Source: Diplonema japonicum
Taxonomy: Eukaryota; Protista; Euglenozoa: Diplonemea
DNA: 64,000 nucleotides
Direction of reading: 5' to 3'
NCBI GenBank assembly: GCA_964019335.1
Contig: OZ025684.1
Location: 496,001-560,000 of the forward strand
Below, one piece after another: positions 20,696 through 30,121 of this stretch (its first letter is position 1; each line of letters starts with the position of its first letter). The translations under genes were made by a program, and so were the position numbers. The notes beneath the pieces are model-generated. The model saw only the letters and a program-made list of their open reading frames with translations, searched no databases and had not been told where the DNA came from.

Positions 20696-22741
20696 TTACT
20701 GAGGTAGTGGTTGTTGCTGCCGCGGTGAACGGGCCGTGGAACGCATACATTTGTGTAAACAGAACATAAAGACTGTGAACAATAGAGCAGTTGTGAAGGT
20801 AGTGGCAGGTGTTATGCCAGTATAGCGATACGCGAGCCGAGGAGGGCAAGGTAGAGGTAAATCAGCTTCAGCAAGGACAGGTGTACCACGCATAGTAGCG
20901 AAAGCATTGCACTGTGGAGACTGGACAAAGTTCTCCACGACGAGCATGGGAGGCGTCCCGAAGACCATGCAAGGCTGCCTTGAAGAGGTGAACTCTGGCC
21001 ACTTGAGAGGCACCTTTCCACCGGTGTTCGGGTTGCCCGACAACATAAAATTCGACCAGAAGGCCTTCATGTTTTTATGAAGATCCCACTCATACGGAGT
21101 TGCCATGCCACGAGGGTACCCGAACACATAGGGCACCTCAGCACCGTGGAAGCTCCCAAGTGTTGTGGTGTCCTCGTAGTTCCCGCTCACCGACGGGGTG
21201 TGCGTGAAGTAGTAGTGGTACCCAGCTCGTGTCCCATCCTTTGTGATGGCTGCCAGCGCTGCTTTTAAAGGGCAGAGGATAGCATCATCACCTGCGACAC
21301 GGATGGCAGCTGCACGCCAATGTCCCGGACCATGGCTGCACTGTGGAATGGGCATCCTCACCTTTGTGTACAGCTCCGTGATTCTCTTCACGTGATCTTC
21401 CCCATAGAAGTCCTCCACCCACTCCGTGAACTCCTTGTATGTAGCGTTGCAGGAGATCTCAGGCACGTGATACATCATCATCGTCGCCTCGTCCAAGTTG
21501 GACCCCATGATCACCTTCACCTTTGGAGCGATCTGCTGCTTCTGCATCAGCTCAGGAATGCCGTCCTTCAACTCCACACCGTCAACTACAGGCGCGAACT
21601 GGTCGGTCCAGAAGTCGTCCGGGTACGGGAAGGCGTGTCCCGACATGCCCATTGCCACTGCGGGGTCTGCCTTTTTCAAGCACTTAAGAAGCGTCTCTTG
21701 TGTTATCCATTTCAGGTGCAACGTCATTGTGTCGTCTGCTTCAGCAATCGGCGCAGCGGACCTGTATATGACCCACGTCTCGTTCACCCTCGCATAGCCT
21801 TTGCACGACTGCTGCAGAACACACATCTGCCTAACGGACTCTTCTGTCTTGCTCGCCTCGAGCAATGTAACGTCCTTCGTGTCGACGACTACGTTGGGCA
21901 GCTCCTTCCATGCACCGGCATCACACGGCCCCCTGCCCAGACCTGTCTCGTGCGATGCGTGGGCAACAAGGGTTGCAAGGTATTCCGTATTAACTATAGC
22001 ATGCGGCAATGTCTGTGTCTGGTACAAACCAGGGGATTGAGCTACAGCAGTAGCAAACAGCCCCCAAGACCGCGGGTTGGTCACATGGTAAGCCACAGCA
22101 GTGCCCCCGCTAGACTCACCTAGGATGGTCACTTTCGACGGGTCGCCACCGAACTGCTTGATGTTGCGCTGCACCCACCGAAGAGCCTGCTGCTGGTCGA
22201 GCATCCCGTAGTTGCCAGTGGTGTTGCGGGAGTTCAACGCTGCCAGCTTAGGGTGGGCACCGTACCCGAAGACACCCAGACGGGAGTTGGGTGTCACGAG
22301 AACGACGTCCCGTGAAAACCACGGGAAGTTCGTCTCATCGTCGTTGGAGGAGCCGTAGAGGAACTCGCCTGCGTGGAAGTAGACAAGCACGGGAAGACCC
22401 GACCTGAAGTTCTTCGCCGCCAATGGGGCATACACAGAGAGGTATAAACAGTCTTCGCTAGAGCCTTCCACGTGTATTGTGTCCCACCCTTTAGGGAGCC
22501 CTGTGCCAGGACTTCCCGGTTGGATACAAACCGGTCGTTTGCCTCCCTTTACCCCTTTCCATGACTCCTCTTCCTCTGTCGGCATGAACCTCCGGGCACC
22601 CACAGGCGGCTTTGCAAATGGTATCCCATGGAACACCCCTCTCGCACGCTGAATATTCCCACTTACTACTCCCTTATCAGTGAGGACCTCTAGCGACATG
22701 GTACTTATGGCCAGCGCTACGAAGGCTATGGGCCGAAGCAT
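20696..22741 (-). CDS. Type-B carboxylesterase with signal peptide, Cys-containing insertion and C-terminal TM
   Basis: FHGIPFAKPPVG, SEDCLYL, GNYGMLDQ, FGGDPSKVTILGESSG, GSNLDE, FHGAEVPYVFG. Confidence 0.93.
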   Translation of the reverse strand: MLRPIAFVALAISTMSLEVLTDKGVVSGNIQRARGVFHGIPFAKPPVGARRFMPTEEEESWKGVKGGKRPVCIQPGSPGTGLPKGWDTIHVEGSSEDCLYLSVYAPLAAKNFRSGLPVLVYFHAGEFLYGSSNDDETNFPWFSRDVVLVTPNSRLGVFGYGAHPKLAALNSRNTTGNYGMLDQQQALRWVQRNIKQFGGDPSKVTILGESSGGTAVAYHVTNPRSWGLFATAVAQSPGLYQTQTLPHAIVNTEYLATLVAHASHETGLGRGPCDAGAWKELPNVVVDTKDVTLLEASKTEESVRQMCVLQQSCKGYARVNETWVIYRSAAPIAEADDTMTLHLKWITQETLLKCLKKADPAVAMGMSGHAFPYPDDFWTDQFAPVVDGVELKDGIPELMQKQQIAPKVKVIMGSNLDEATMMMYHVPEISCNATYKEFTEWVEDFYGEDHVKRITELYTKVRMPIPQCSHGPGHWRAAAIRVAGDDAILCPLKAALAAITKDGTRAGYHYYFTHTPSVSGNYEDTTTLGSFHGAEVPYVFGYPRGMATPYEWDLHKNMKAFWSNFMLSGNPNTGGKVPLKWPEFTSSRQPCMVFGTPPMLVVENFVQSPQCNAFATMRGTPVLAEADLPLPCPPRLAYRYTGITPATTFTTALLFTVFMFCLHKCMRSTARSPRQQQPLPQ

Positions 22742-22901
22742 ATTTTCTTTCTTTTAAAATTTCCTGGGTATACTTGCTAACTCTGTAGAGTATAAGGTCA
22801 TCTTAAGGAAGGAACGACGAGGAAAAGAACCGCAAAACAGCATCACGACCGCCGACAAGTGGGAGAAGAGTGAATATTGCAAAAGGGTAGTTGAAGGACC
22901 C

Positions 22902-23147
22902 CTACCGCTCGCTCTGCTCGGTGATGCGCCCTGTACCTCCTCTGAAGAGGAGGTAGCACATGTAGTTGTAAATCAGCAACAACATTACGCTGATGATAAT
23001 CGTCGGCAGCAGCAGTCCGTACACTCTGCTAGGGAAAAAACTGTGTATAGCATGTCCCTCTTGGATAAAGGGCAACGCGATGACCCAGAAGACGTAGTAC
23101 ACATAGAACACCGCCATACCTTTAAGGGCGATAGTGCTGAGCTTCAT
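22902..23147 (-). CDS. DPM2: Dolichol-phosphate-mannose synthase regulatory subunit
   Basis: 81 aa with two TMs and the YY.FWVI.LPF...H..HSFFP.R.Y...LP signature. Confidence 0.88.
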   Translation of the reverse strand: MKLSTIALKGMAVFYVYYVFWVIALPFIQEGHAIHSFFPSRVYGLLLPTIIISVMLLLIYNYMCYLLFRGGTGRITEQSER

Positions 23148-23190
23148 TTTTTTTTTTTCTCTCTCTTTTTTTTCTATGTTTTTTTTTTTT

Positions 23191-23519
23191 CAGGTGGTGG
23201 GGATAACATGGAAATATAAAGAAGTACATCAGATGTGTTGTTCGCTGTTGACCTCCTCGTCGGTCATCACCGGTAGCGCCCAAGTGGAAGAAGCAGATGC
23301 TCTGGGTGGCTGGGTGGCGAACAGGCAGCAAACTACACGGGCTCAGAATCTTGGTTACCCGGGGCGCCCCGGCTGGGGTTGAGCTGCACACCGCACGCAT
23401 TAAGGACACGACGCGGAACGCAGAAGAAGCTACAGCTAGGCCGAGGTGCGCCCCCTGTAATCAAGTAAATGGTGCTTGTGCAGGGTGCCCCCACCGGCTT
23501 CCTTTAAATCATCGAGTTT
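23191..23519 (-). mobile_element. SINE-like repeat, copy 1 (left arm of inverted repeat)
   Basis: Reverse complement of 23613-23934; followed on its strand by an A-tract. Confidence 0.7.
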
Positions 23520-23612
23520 TTTCTCTTTTGCTTTCTGCTTTTTGTGTATGTCTAGAGTTTCCAAAGAAACATGTTCTGTAGAAGTGAGTCGACCGACCGG
23601 TCTATAAAAAAT

Positions 23613-23934
23613 AAACTCGATGATTTAAAGGAAGCCGGTGGGGGCACCCTGCACAAGCACCATTTACTTGATTACAGGGGGCGCACCTCGGCCTAGCTGT
23701 AGCTTCTTCTGCGTTCCGCGTCGTGTCCTTAATGCGTGCTGGTGTGCAGCTCAACCCCAGCCGGGGCGCCCCGGGTAACCAAGATTCTGAGCCCGTGTAG
23801 TTTGATGCCTGTTCGCCACCCAGAGCATCTGCTTCTTCCACTTGGGCGCTACCGGTGATGACCGACGGGGAGGTCAACAGCGAACAACACATCTGATGTA
23901 CTTCTTTATATTTCCATGTTATCCCCACCACCTG
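23613..23934 (+). mobile_element. SINE-like repeat, copy 2 (right arm of inverted repeat)
   Basis: Near-identical to the left arm; ends ccccaccacctg followed by an A-rich tail. Confidence 0.7.
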
Positions 23935-24124
23935 AATATAAAAAAAAATTAAAAGAAAAAAAAAATATAAAAAACCGACACTTTTCTTTTTTCTGCCCTG
24001 TCACTGGGGGGCAAAAAAAAATGAATTTTTTAAATGTAGGGGGTGGGGAAAACGTTAGTCTTTTCTTTAATCGGGGGACTCACTATGATGGCGACGAAGC
24101 CAATAACAAAAAGACTTGTTATAC

Positions 24125-24709
24125 TTATTTCTTGGGCTTCCAGTCGAGGACACCCGAGGACTTGACCTTGACCTCCTGGTTGGGCTTGTCGGAGGTAGTG
24201 GGCAAGTTCTCAATGCGGCGCACGATGTCCATCCCTTTGATGACCTTCCCGAAGACAACATGCTTCCCGTCAAGGTGGGGGGTCTCTGCAACAGTGAGGA
24301 AGAACTGGGAACCGTTGGTGTCCTTGCCAGCATTGGCCATGGAGAGGCACCCGATGAAGTGCTTGTGGGTGAAGTCCTCGTCAGCGAACTTCTCGCCGTA
24401 AATGCTCTTGCCGCCAGTACCATCGCCCCTTGTGAAGTCCCCGCCCTGAAGCATGAAGTTCTTGATCACCCTGTGGAAGATGCTGCCCGTGTAGCCACCC
24501 ACCTCATGCCCCTTTGCGAGCTCTTCAAAGTTCTTCGTTGTCTTCGGGCACTCATTCCCGAACATGCCCATCACGATCCTGCCCGCGTCTTCACCACCGA
24601 TGCTGATATCGAAGTACACCTTGCTCGTCACCTTCCCTCCAGGCTTCTTCGCACACTCTACGTTGGCTACCAGCAAGGCCGCCAGCAACACAATTGCTTT
24701 GCACGACAT
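24125..24709 (-). CDS. Cyclophilin B-like secretory PPIase
   Basis: Signal peptide; [50 protein letters not shown]. Confidence 0.96.
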   Translation of the reverse strand: MSCKAIVLLAALLVANVECAKKPGGKVTSKVYFDISIGGEDAGRIVMGMFGNECPKTTKNFEELAKGHEVGGYTGSIFHRVIKNFMLQGGDFTRGDGTGGKSIYGEKFADEDFTHKHFIGCLSMANAGKDTNGSQFFLTVAETPHLDGKHVVFGKVIKGMDIVRRIENLPTTSDKPNQEVKVKSSGVLDWKPKK

Positions 24710-25140
24710 GTTCAGAAAGTAGAATTCAATGTGTGGGTCCTTCAAAGATATGTTGGGGCACGGAGGTCCTTAGCACATATAAAGAAAAGGGGTGTGGTGT
24801 GGGTGGGGGAAGAAAGAAAGAAAGTATAGGGTTTTTTTTTTTTTTTTTATATTATTATTTCCACTTTTGTATTACTCCGAACTTTTTTCTTCTTCTTCTT
24901 CTTCTTTTTTTTTTTTTTTTTTTTTTTTTTTCCAAGTGTTATTTTTTTGCCCGAAGCGCCCAAATAACGTAGTTAAAAATTTGGAGTGAAACGATGGCGA
25001 TTTGTTGGAAAGAAATGGCTGTTATTATGACGAGGTGGGGACTCATCAAATAAAGAAAGAAAATAAGGACAAGCGAACATATTTTTGTTCTTTGAGACCC
25101 TTGCACGAAAGGAGAACTAGTACGCAACACGTGATTGGCA

Positions 25141-25238
25141 GCAGACTGCCCAGGGGTGGCCAGGAAAAAGAGGGCCGCGACGATTTATAACACCGTGGTC
25201 CGTACCTTGCATTTATTCATTTGCCCCTGGGAGTCTGC
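25141..25238. repeat. Short foldback with ~16-bp terminal inverted repeat
   Basis: gcagactgcccagggg ... cccctgggagtctgc. Confidence 0.55.
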
Positions 25239-25410
25239 CTTCTTTAAGTTCACATGGGACTATTTTTGTGCTTCATGAAAGGGGGAAGGGGGAGGGGGTT
25301 CCCTGCAAATATTTTGTGACAGGTGACGAATAATTGATCGAAAGAAAAGACGATAAAATATTTTAAACGAAAGAAGAAATAAAAGGTAAACGTTACGGTC
25401 TATGAAGCCT

Positions 25411-28092
25411 TCAGCACCTGCGGACCTCGGACGTGCTCTCGGGAACAATGTTCTCCCAGTAAGCACCAATGAAGTAAGAGTCGGCGCTGGCATCCACTGC
25501 AACAGACAGGGACGCAGTGGGCTGGGCGAGGTAGGCGGTGGCGTCGAACCACCACCCGAGGAACGTGTTCGTGCGTGGAATACCTCTGCTGGTGTAGCCA
25601 GCCGTGAGGGGAACCTTGTTCCCATTGATATAAACTACTAGGGGCGCTGCAGAGCTAGGGCGTGATGAGAAGAAGTACAGGGGCAGCCTGGTGGGGACCA
25701 ACCACGTGGCCTCATAGTCCTTCGGCTTGACCCACTGGATCGGGTACTCTACCGCCCTGTTCTCCAGCTGCTGCTTCATCCCCACTGTGACAGAGGTGGT
25801 GTAGTTGAACCACCCCCCACCCTGCGCCACCTTCCTCAGCGGCATCGACGTCGACAGGTAGTCTCCACCGAACACCACGTCCACAGCCACGCCTGTACCG
25901 TGTTCACTTTCGCGTTGCGACTCGCACTGTACGCCGTTCACTTTCTCTGCTTCGTCTCTCAGCACTACTACCTGCGTGTGACCCTTGAAGCCCACCAGCT
26001 TGGACCCTTCCAGAGCTGCCCCCATCACTTTTGGCTGTGAGGTCGCACGCGTCAAGTGGAGCACAGTCACCGTTTTCCCTGTCACTGTGACGGACACCTG
26101 CTGTCCACCCTTCCACTGACCCACCACACGAGCCTGTGGGTTCATCTCTTGTACGGTATAAGTGATGCTCGTGTCATTGGGAAGGCCCATCGAGCTGTCG
26201 ATCGTCAACGCTACACCGATGTCGTCATAATTCTGGTTGAAAAGGAAAAGGTACCCTTCCCCCTTGTACATGGCGTGCGTCCCGTCGACTTTTGAGATCG
26301 CAGGCGGCTCTAGGGTAGCGATGTTGTCAGTGTTCTTGAGGTACATGAGGTTGGTGTCTGCGAAGGTAAGCCAGCCTGCGATGAAGTCCTTGTCCTTTTG
26401 GGGGAGGAACTCGTACTCTTGCGTGTCACGCGCAGGCATCATGGCCCACACAAGGTTTGCCCCCGCTGTGCCAACAGTAGACAAAAGGCTGAACTTGTAA
26501 CCAAGGTAGTCGAAGTCCCTTTGGTTCACACCATAGCAGGGTGAAGCACCTTCACAGGGCACTGTTTGATTGTCGGCCGACCTTTCTGTCTGGTGCGAAA
26601 TGAAGCCAGGCACCATCGATGCCGCTAGCAAGGACGACGAGCTGTATAAGTAGTTGACAGAACGCATCTTTCCTGCTGTCACGATGTCAGTGTGGAAGCT
26701 GGGAAAGGGGACGCCGTATGTCTCGGGGTTCTCATCTCCAGCAATAGGCTCCTGGTACCCGGGGTGCAGCATGTACCAGGGGCCCCAGAAGTGCGCAACT
26801 TGCCTGTTGTCAAACACGATGTCCGGGTGGCGCCTCGTTAGCTCCGTTCTGATGGCGGCCCACGCCCTCCACTGGCTGTAGTGCAGGTCGTTGTTGCCTG
26901 CGACTATCCCATGGTCCCATGCAAAGCCACCCACACCCGATTTGACGTAAAAAGCGTCGAGAGTTTCAATAAGCCACTCACGCACTTCGGGAGGTGAGAT
27001 ATCGAGCATGTTGCCACTCGGGGCAACAAAGTACTGCTTCATTGGGACGAAGCCCAGGCACGGGTAGACGTACGCGAGGAGCTTGACGCCACGCATGGAT
27101 GCGTACTGCACGATGTCGGTGATGTCAGAGGCGATGGGGTCTGTCACGGGGTTAAACTTGCCCTCGCGGATGAGCTCACCCATGGAAAGCCAGAGCACGT
27201 CCTCAAAGCCCCAGCCGTCGGTGGTGTTGTAGCGCGAAGAGTGCTTGCTGTTTCGGGCTGCGAAGATCTGGTATGTGAGGCCGAGGTCTGCATTCATGTC
27301 GATGATGCGCTTGTACTCCGCTACGTCCTGCGGGGAGGCCATGTCCAGTTGGTAGTCGTTCTCGTCCCATGCGACGTTCACTTTCACGGCAGTCGTCTGC
27401 GGCACCATTCTGAAGCTGTCCACGCAGGCCTTGAAAGCTGTGGCCTCCGACTTGTAAATATTCGTACCGGGGTTCATGTAACCACCATGCACGGCATGTC
27501 CCATGACTACACCGTCGATACCGACGTGTGCTGTGCGGTGGTTGGTGTTCCCCGCATACGACACAGTGACGTTCTGCCCCGATGCCTGGTGCGTCCCGAA
27601 GGGCGTCATCAGACTGAAGAACAGACCGTCGCTACCCGCGAAGCGACCGAACCCAGCGATTTGGATAGCATAGAAGGCGTTGATCTGTGTGGTGAAGCTC
27701 TGCAATCCTGTGAACTGCGTTCCTGCGTAGATCTCGGCAGAGGTGACGTTGTAAGCCTTCGCGTTGTTGGTGAGGGCAAGGTTCTTCACAAGGTAGGACC
27801 CGGTGGTGATCTCATATGTGGCGTTCACTTGGTAGTCCCCGCAGAAGTGCATTACGGTGAGGCCGGTCTTCCCGATCAACACCACCTCCACACTCCCGCA
27901 CCCGCTGGGCCCGAGCTGGGTACCGTCAGCGATCTTCACAGACCAGCCGTCACCCATCACATCAACGCTGAACCCACCGAAAGCCACGCTCTCTAGCGTG
28001 CCTTGTCCTGATATCACTGCCTTGACGTCACCGCTAGCTAGCTGGTAATCAGCTGCGAGTGTTGCAACCGCAAAGATAGCGGCTGCTGCCAT
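25411..28092 (-). CDS. Secreted 893-aa glycoside-hydrolase-like protein (possible clan GH-D-like TIM barrel)
   Basis: Signal peptide; NVAWDEND, TDGW, GVKLLAY, GFAWD and RRHPDIVFD spacing reminiscent of GH27/GH36 barrels; beta-rich flanks. The CDS is clear, the family tentative. Confidence 0.6.
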   Translation of the reverse strand: MAAAAIFAVATLAADYQLASGDVKAVISGQGTLESVAFGGFSVDVMGDGWSVKIADGTQLGPSGCGSVEVVLIGKTGLTVMHFCGDYQVNATYEITTGSYLVKNLALTNNAKAYNVTSAEIYAGTQFTGLQSFTTQINAFYAIQIAGFGRFAGSDGLFFSLMTPFGTHQASGQNVTVSYAGNTNHRTAHVGIDGVVMGHAVHGGYMNPGTNIYKSEATAFKACVDSFRMVPQTTAVKVNVAWDENDYQLDMASPQDVAEYKRIIDMNADLGLTYQIFAARNSKHSSRYNTTDGWGFEDVLWLSMGELIREGKFNPVTDPIASDITDIVQYASMRGVKLLAYVYPCLGFVPMKQYFVAPSGNMLDISPPEVREWLIETLDAFYVKSGVGGFAWDHGIVAGNNDLHYSQWRAWAAIRTELTRRHPDIVFDNRQVAHFWGPWYMLHPGYQEPIAGDENPETYGVPFPSFHTDIVTAGKMRSVNYLYSSSSLLAASMVPGFISHQTERSADNQTVPCEGASPCYGVNQRDFDYLGYKFSLLSTVGTAGANLVWAMMPARDTQEYEFLPQKDKDFIAGWLTFADTNLMYLKNTDNIATLEPPAISKVDGTHAMYKGEGYLFLFNQNYDDIGVALTIDSSMGLPNDTSITYTVQEMNPQARVVGQWKGGQQVSVTVTGKTVTVLHLTRATSQPKVMGAALEGSKLVGFKGHTQVVVLRDEAEKVNGVQCESQRESEHGTGVAVDVVFGGDYLSTSMPLRKVAQGGGWFNYTTSVTVGMKQQLENRAVEYPIQWVKPKDYEATWLVPTRLPLYFFSSRPSSAAPLVVYINGNKVPLTAGYTSRGIPRTNTFLGWWFDATAYLAQPTASLSVAVDASADSYFIGAYWENIVPESTSEVRRC

Positions 28093-28166
28093 TGTTATTC
28101 TTTTCTTCCTCTTTTCTTATTTGCAGAAGTAATACAAGACTAAAAACCAGAATAAAACAGGGAGGT

Positions 28167-28271
28167 GGGGGGGTCACATGGTAGTGGTATTTCAATTTTG
28201 CCAGTGGGCACTTTTGGGCACCTGCGGGGCATTATTTTGCATTCCACCACGTGGGACCATGTGACCCCCCC
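28167..28271. mobile_element. Foldback/MITE-like element with perfect 16-bp TIR
   Basis: gggggggtcacatggt ... accatgtgaccccccc; the internal gggcacttttgggcac motif recurs at 50491-50656. Confidence 0.55.
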
Positions 28272-28282
28272 CCCCCCCCCCC

Positions 28283-28387
28283 TAGTGCTATGCTGACAAG
28301 GAAACTCGTTTCCAAACCTTTTTTTGAAAATATGGAAACGGAAGCGGAAACGGAAACGTTTCCCCGTTTCTTGCCAGCACAGCCCTG
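28283..28387. mobile_element. hAT-like MITE
   Basis: TIRs tagtgctatgctgacaag / cagggctgtgctggcaag, with internal AAACGG/GGAAAC repeats like Ac/Ds subterminal motifs. Confidence 0.6.
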
Positions 28388-28613
28388 GGGGAGGGGGGGG
28401 GGGGGGGGGGGGGGGGGGGTAACTTGACACATTCAATGCAAATAAATAAAAAGAAAACCCCACCAGAGAAGGCTAGGCAAAAGGATGCAGGGAGTGGGCT
28501 TTTTCTTCTTTTTTCAAAATAGAACAGAAAAAAAACAAAAAGGAATGAAATAGATTAATAAGAAATCAAAAAGAATCGAACTCCCCCCCCCCCCCCCCCC
28601 CCCCTCCGGTTCC

Positions 28614-28983
28614 TCAGCTTAGTCTACTTTTGTTACGTTCGTAGCATAGTTTCGCAAGGCGCAGGTCCTTTTCGGTGGCTGGCTGGTCGAGCAGATATGA
28701 ATCGATTAAACGGACCACGTCACGTGGGAAGCGCAGGGTTGAAAGGTTTGCCCAACGGAGTAAAATGATCGGGCAGCTAATGGGGAGGAGTATGGTCACC
28801 CTTCGTAGTTGCTTCACCACAACGCAGTACTGCTGCAACAGTTTGACGCGCTGGCCCTTCTTCGCTGTCCCCGCCTTCGTCACTAACTTATCTTTTTTCA
28901 TTTCCAGCACACGAAGCACCTTTTCCTTGTCCCTCTTACTCCGCAGCGATCGGTGCCCCTCACAGTTGCATGCTAACAGAGCC

Positions 28984-28988
<5 letters not shown>
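28614..28988 (-). CDS. Small basic hypothetical protein with an FPRDVVRLIDSYL (F-box/BC-box-like) helix
   Basis: 124-aa ORF from the ATG that follows the A-tract. Confidence 0.6.
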
Positions 28989-29033
<45 letters not shown>

Positions 29034-29603
29034 CCCTTCCTGAAATGAGGGTTCATTCATCATGTGAGGACTTATAGTTCAGTCGTGCTGAGAGAGAAGG
29101 AGGAAAACAGAAAGGGAAGAACCCCTCGCTTCATAAAGTTGCCTTATCTATATGATCGGTAAGGTGAGACTCTGCAGGAAGGAATAGGGTGTACTTTCTC
29201 CTTTCAAGGGGGGAAATGCGGAGAGAGCATACATCACCCCTCAAGGCTATGATGGTGGAGAAACCGATTTTTTTTGGGGGGAAATAAAACGAAATGATCC
29301 CACATTTCTCGCTTTCATAGCCGGGAGGAGTGGGGGGGGGGGGGGGGAGCAAAAAGTTTTGAGTGAACGGATCGATCATTCCCCCTTTTCTTTTCCGTTC
29401 GATCTTTAATAAAAATACCCCGCTCTTGCCAGGGCCTAAATTCAAAAATTATTGTCCGAAACCAAGTTCTGGTTTTTGTCTGGATGCGCTCTATGCGGGG
29501 GTGGGGAGGGGGGGTTGTTTTAATGGTTCAAAAAGGTTTCCTTTCTTCTTTTTTTTTTTTTTCTTCTCTTTTTTTTATAAACAATTAACTGACTTGTTGT
29601 GTG

Positions 29604-29645
<42 letters not shown>

Positions 29646-30121
29646 ACACACACACACCCCTTAGAAAGGGCGGGTGGGGATCAATATTAGAAAATTGGTG
29701 TGCGGGGTGCTCAGCTCGTAACAGCATGGTTGTTCACATATATAGGATGTGGCCCAAGTTACTGCATCCCTCACCTGCTGTGCATCTTATGGCATGTGAG
29801 GGACGATGACGGGTGGTCCTTCAGCTTTATTATCGCTGGGCTTTCAGCACCTCTTCTTGCCAGGGGGGCTAAGGGAAACGCCAAGCCAGTATATGTATTT
29901 AAAAAAAAAAAAAAGGGAGACGAAAAGAAGCAGGAAAACTCTGAACACCGTGGGTCGACTTTTCTTCCTTTTCCGTTCCCCTTCAGTATTTTCAAACAAA
30001 AAGAGAGCACAAAAAATAAAACTTTAAAACGTTTGCAATTCCATCCCACAGGGGGCCCTCTCGTCACCCTTACTTTATTCATAATATTCATCGTTCGAAG
30101 CCCATCCCTACCAACCTGTAC

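Noticed and set aside
23191-23934. Inverted repeat as U2, 7SL or a hammerhead ribozyme
   Set aside because: Only short chance word matches; no CUGAUGA/GAAA core, Sm site or SRP S-domain.
29767-29803. Hairpin tccctcac..gtgaggga as a snoRNA, and the tgatga/ctga words near 29060
   Set aside because: No properly arranged C/D or AGA/ACA boxes.
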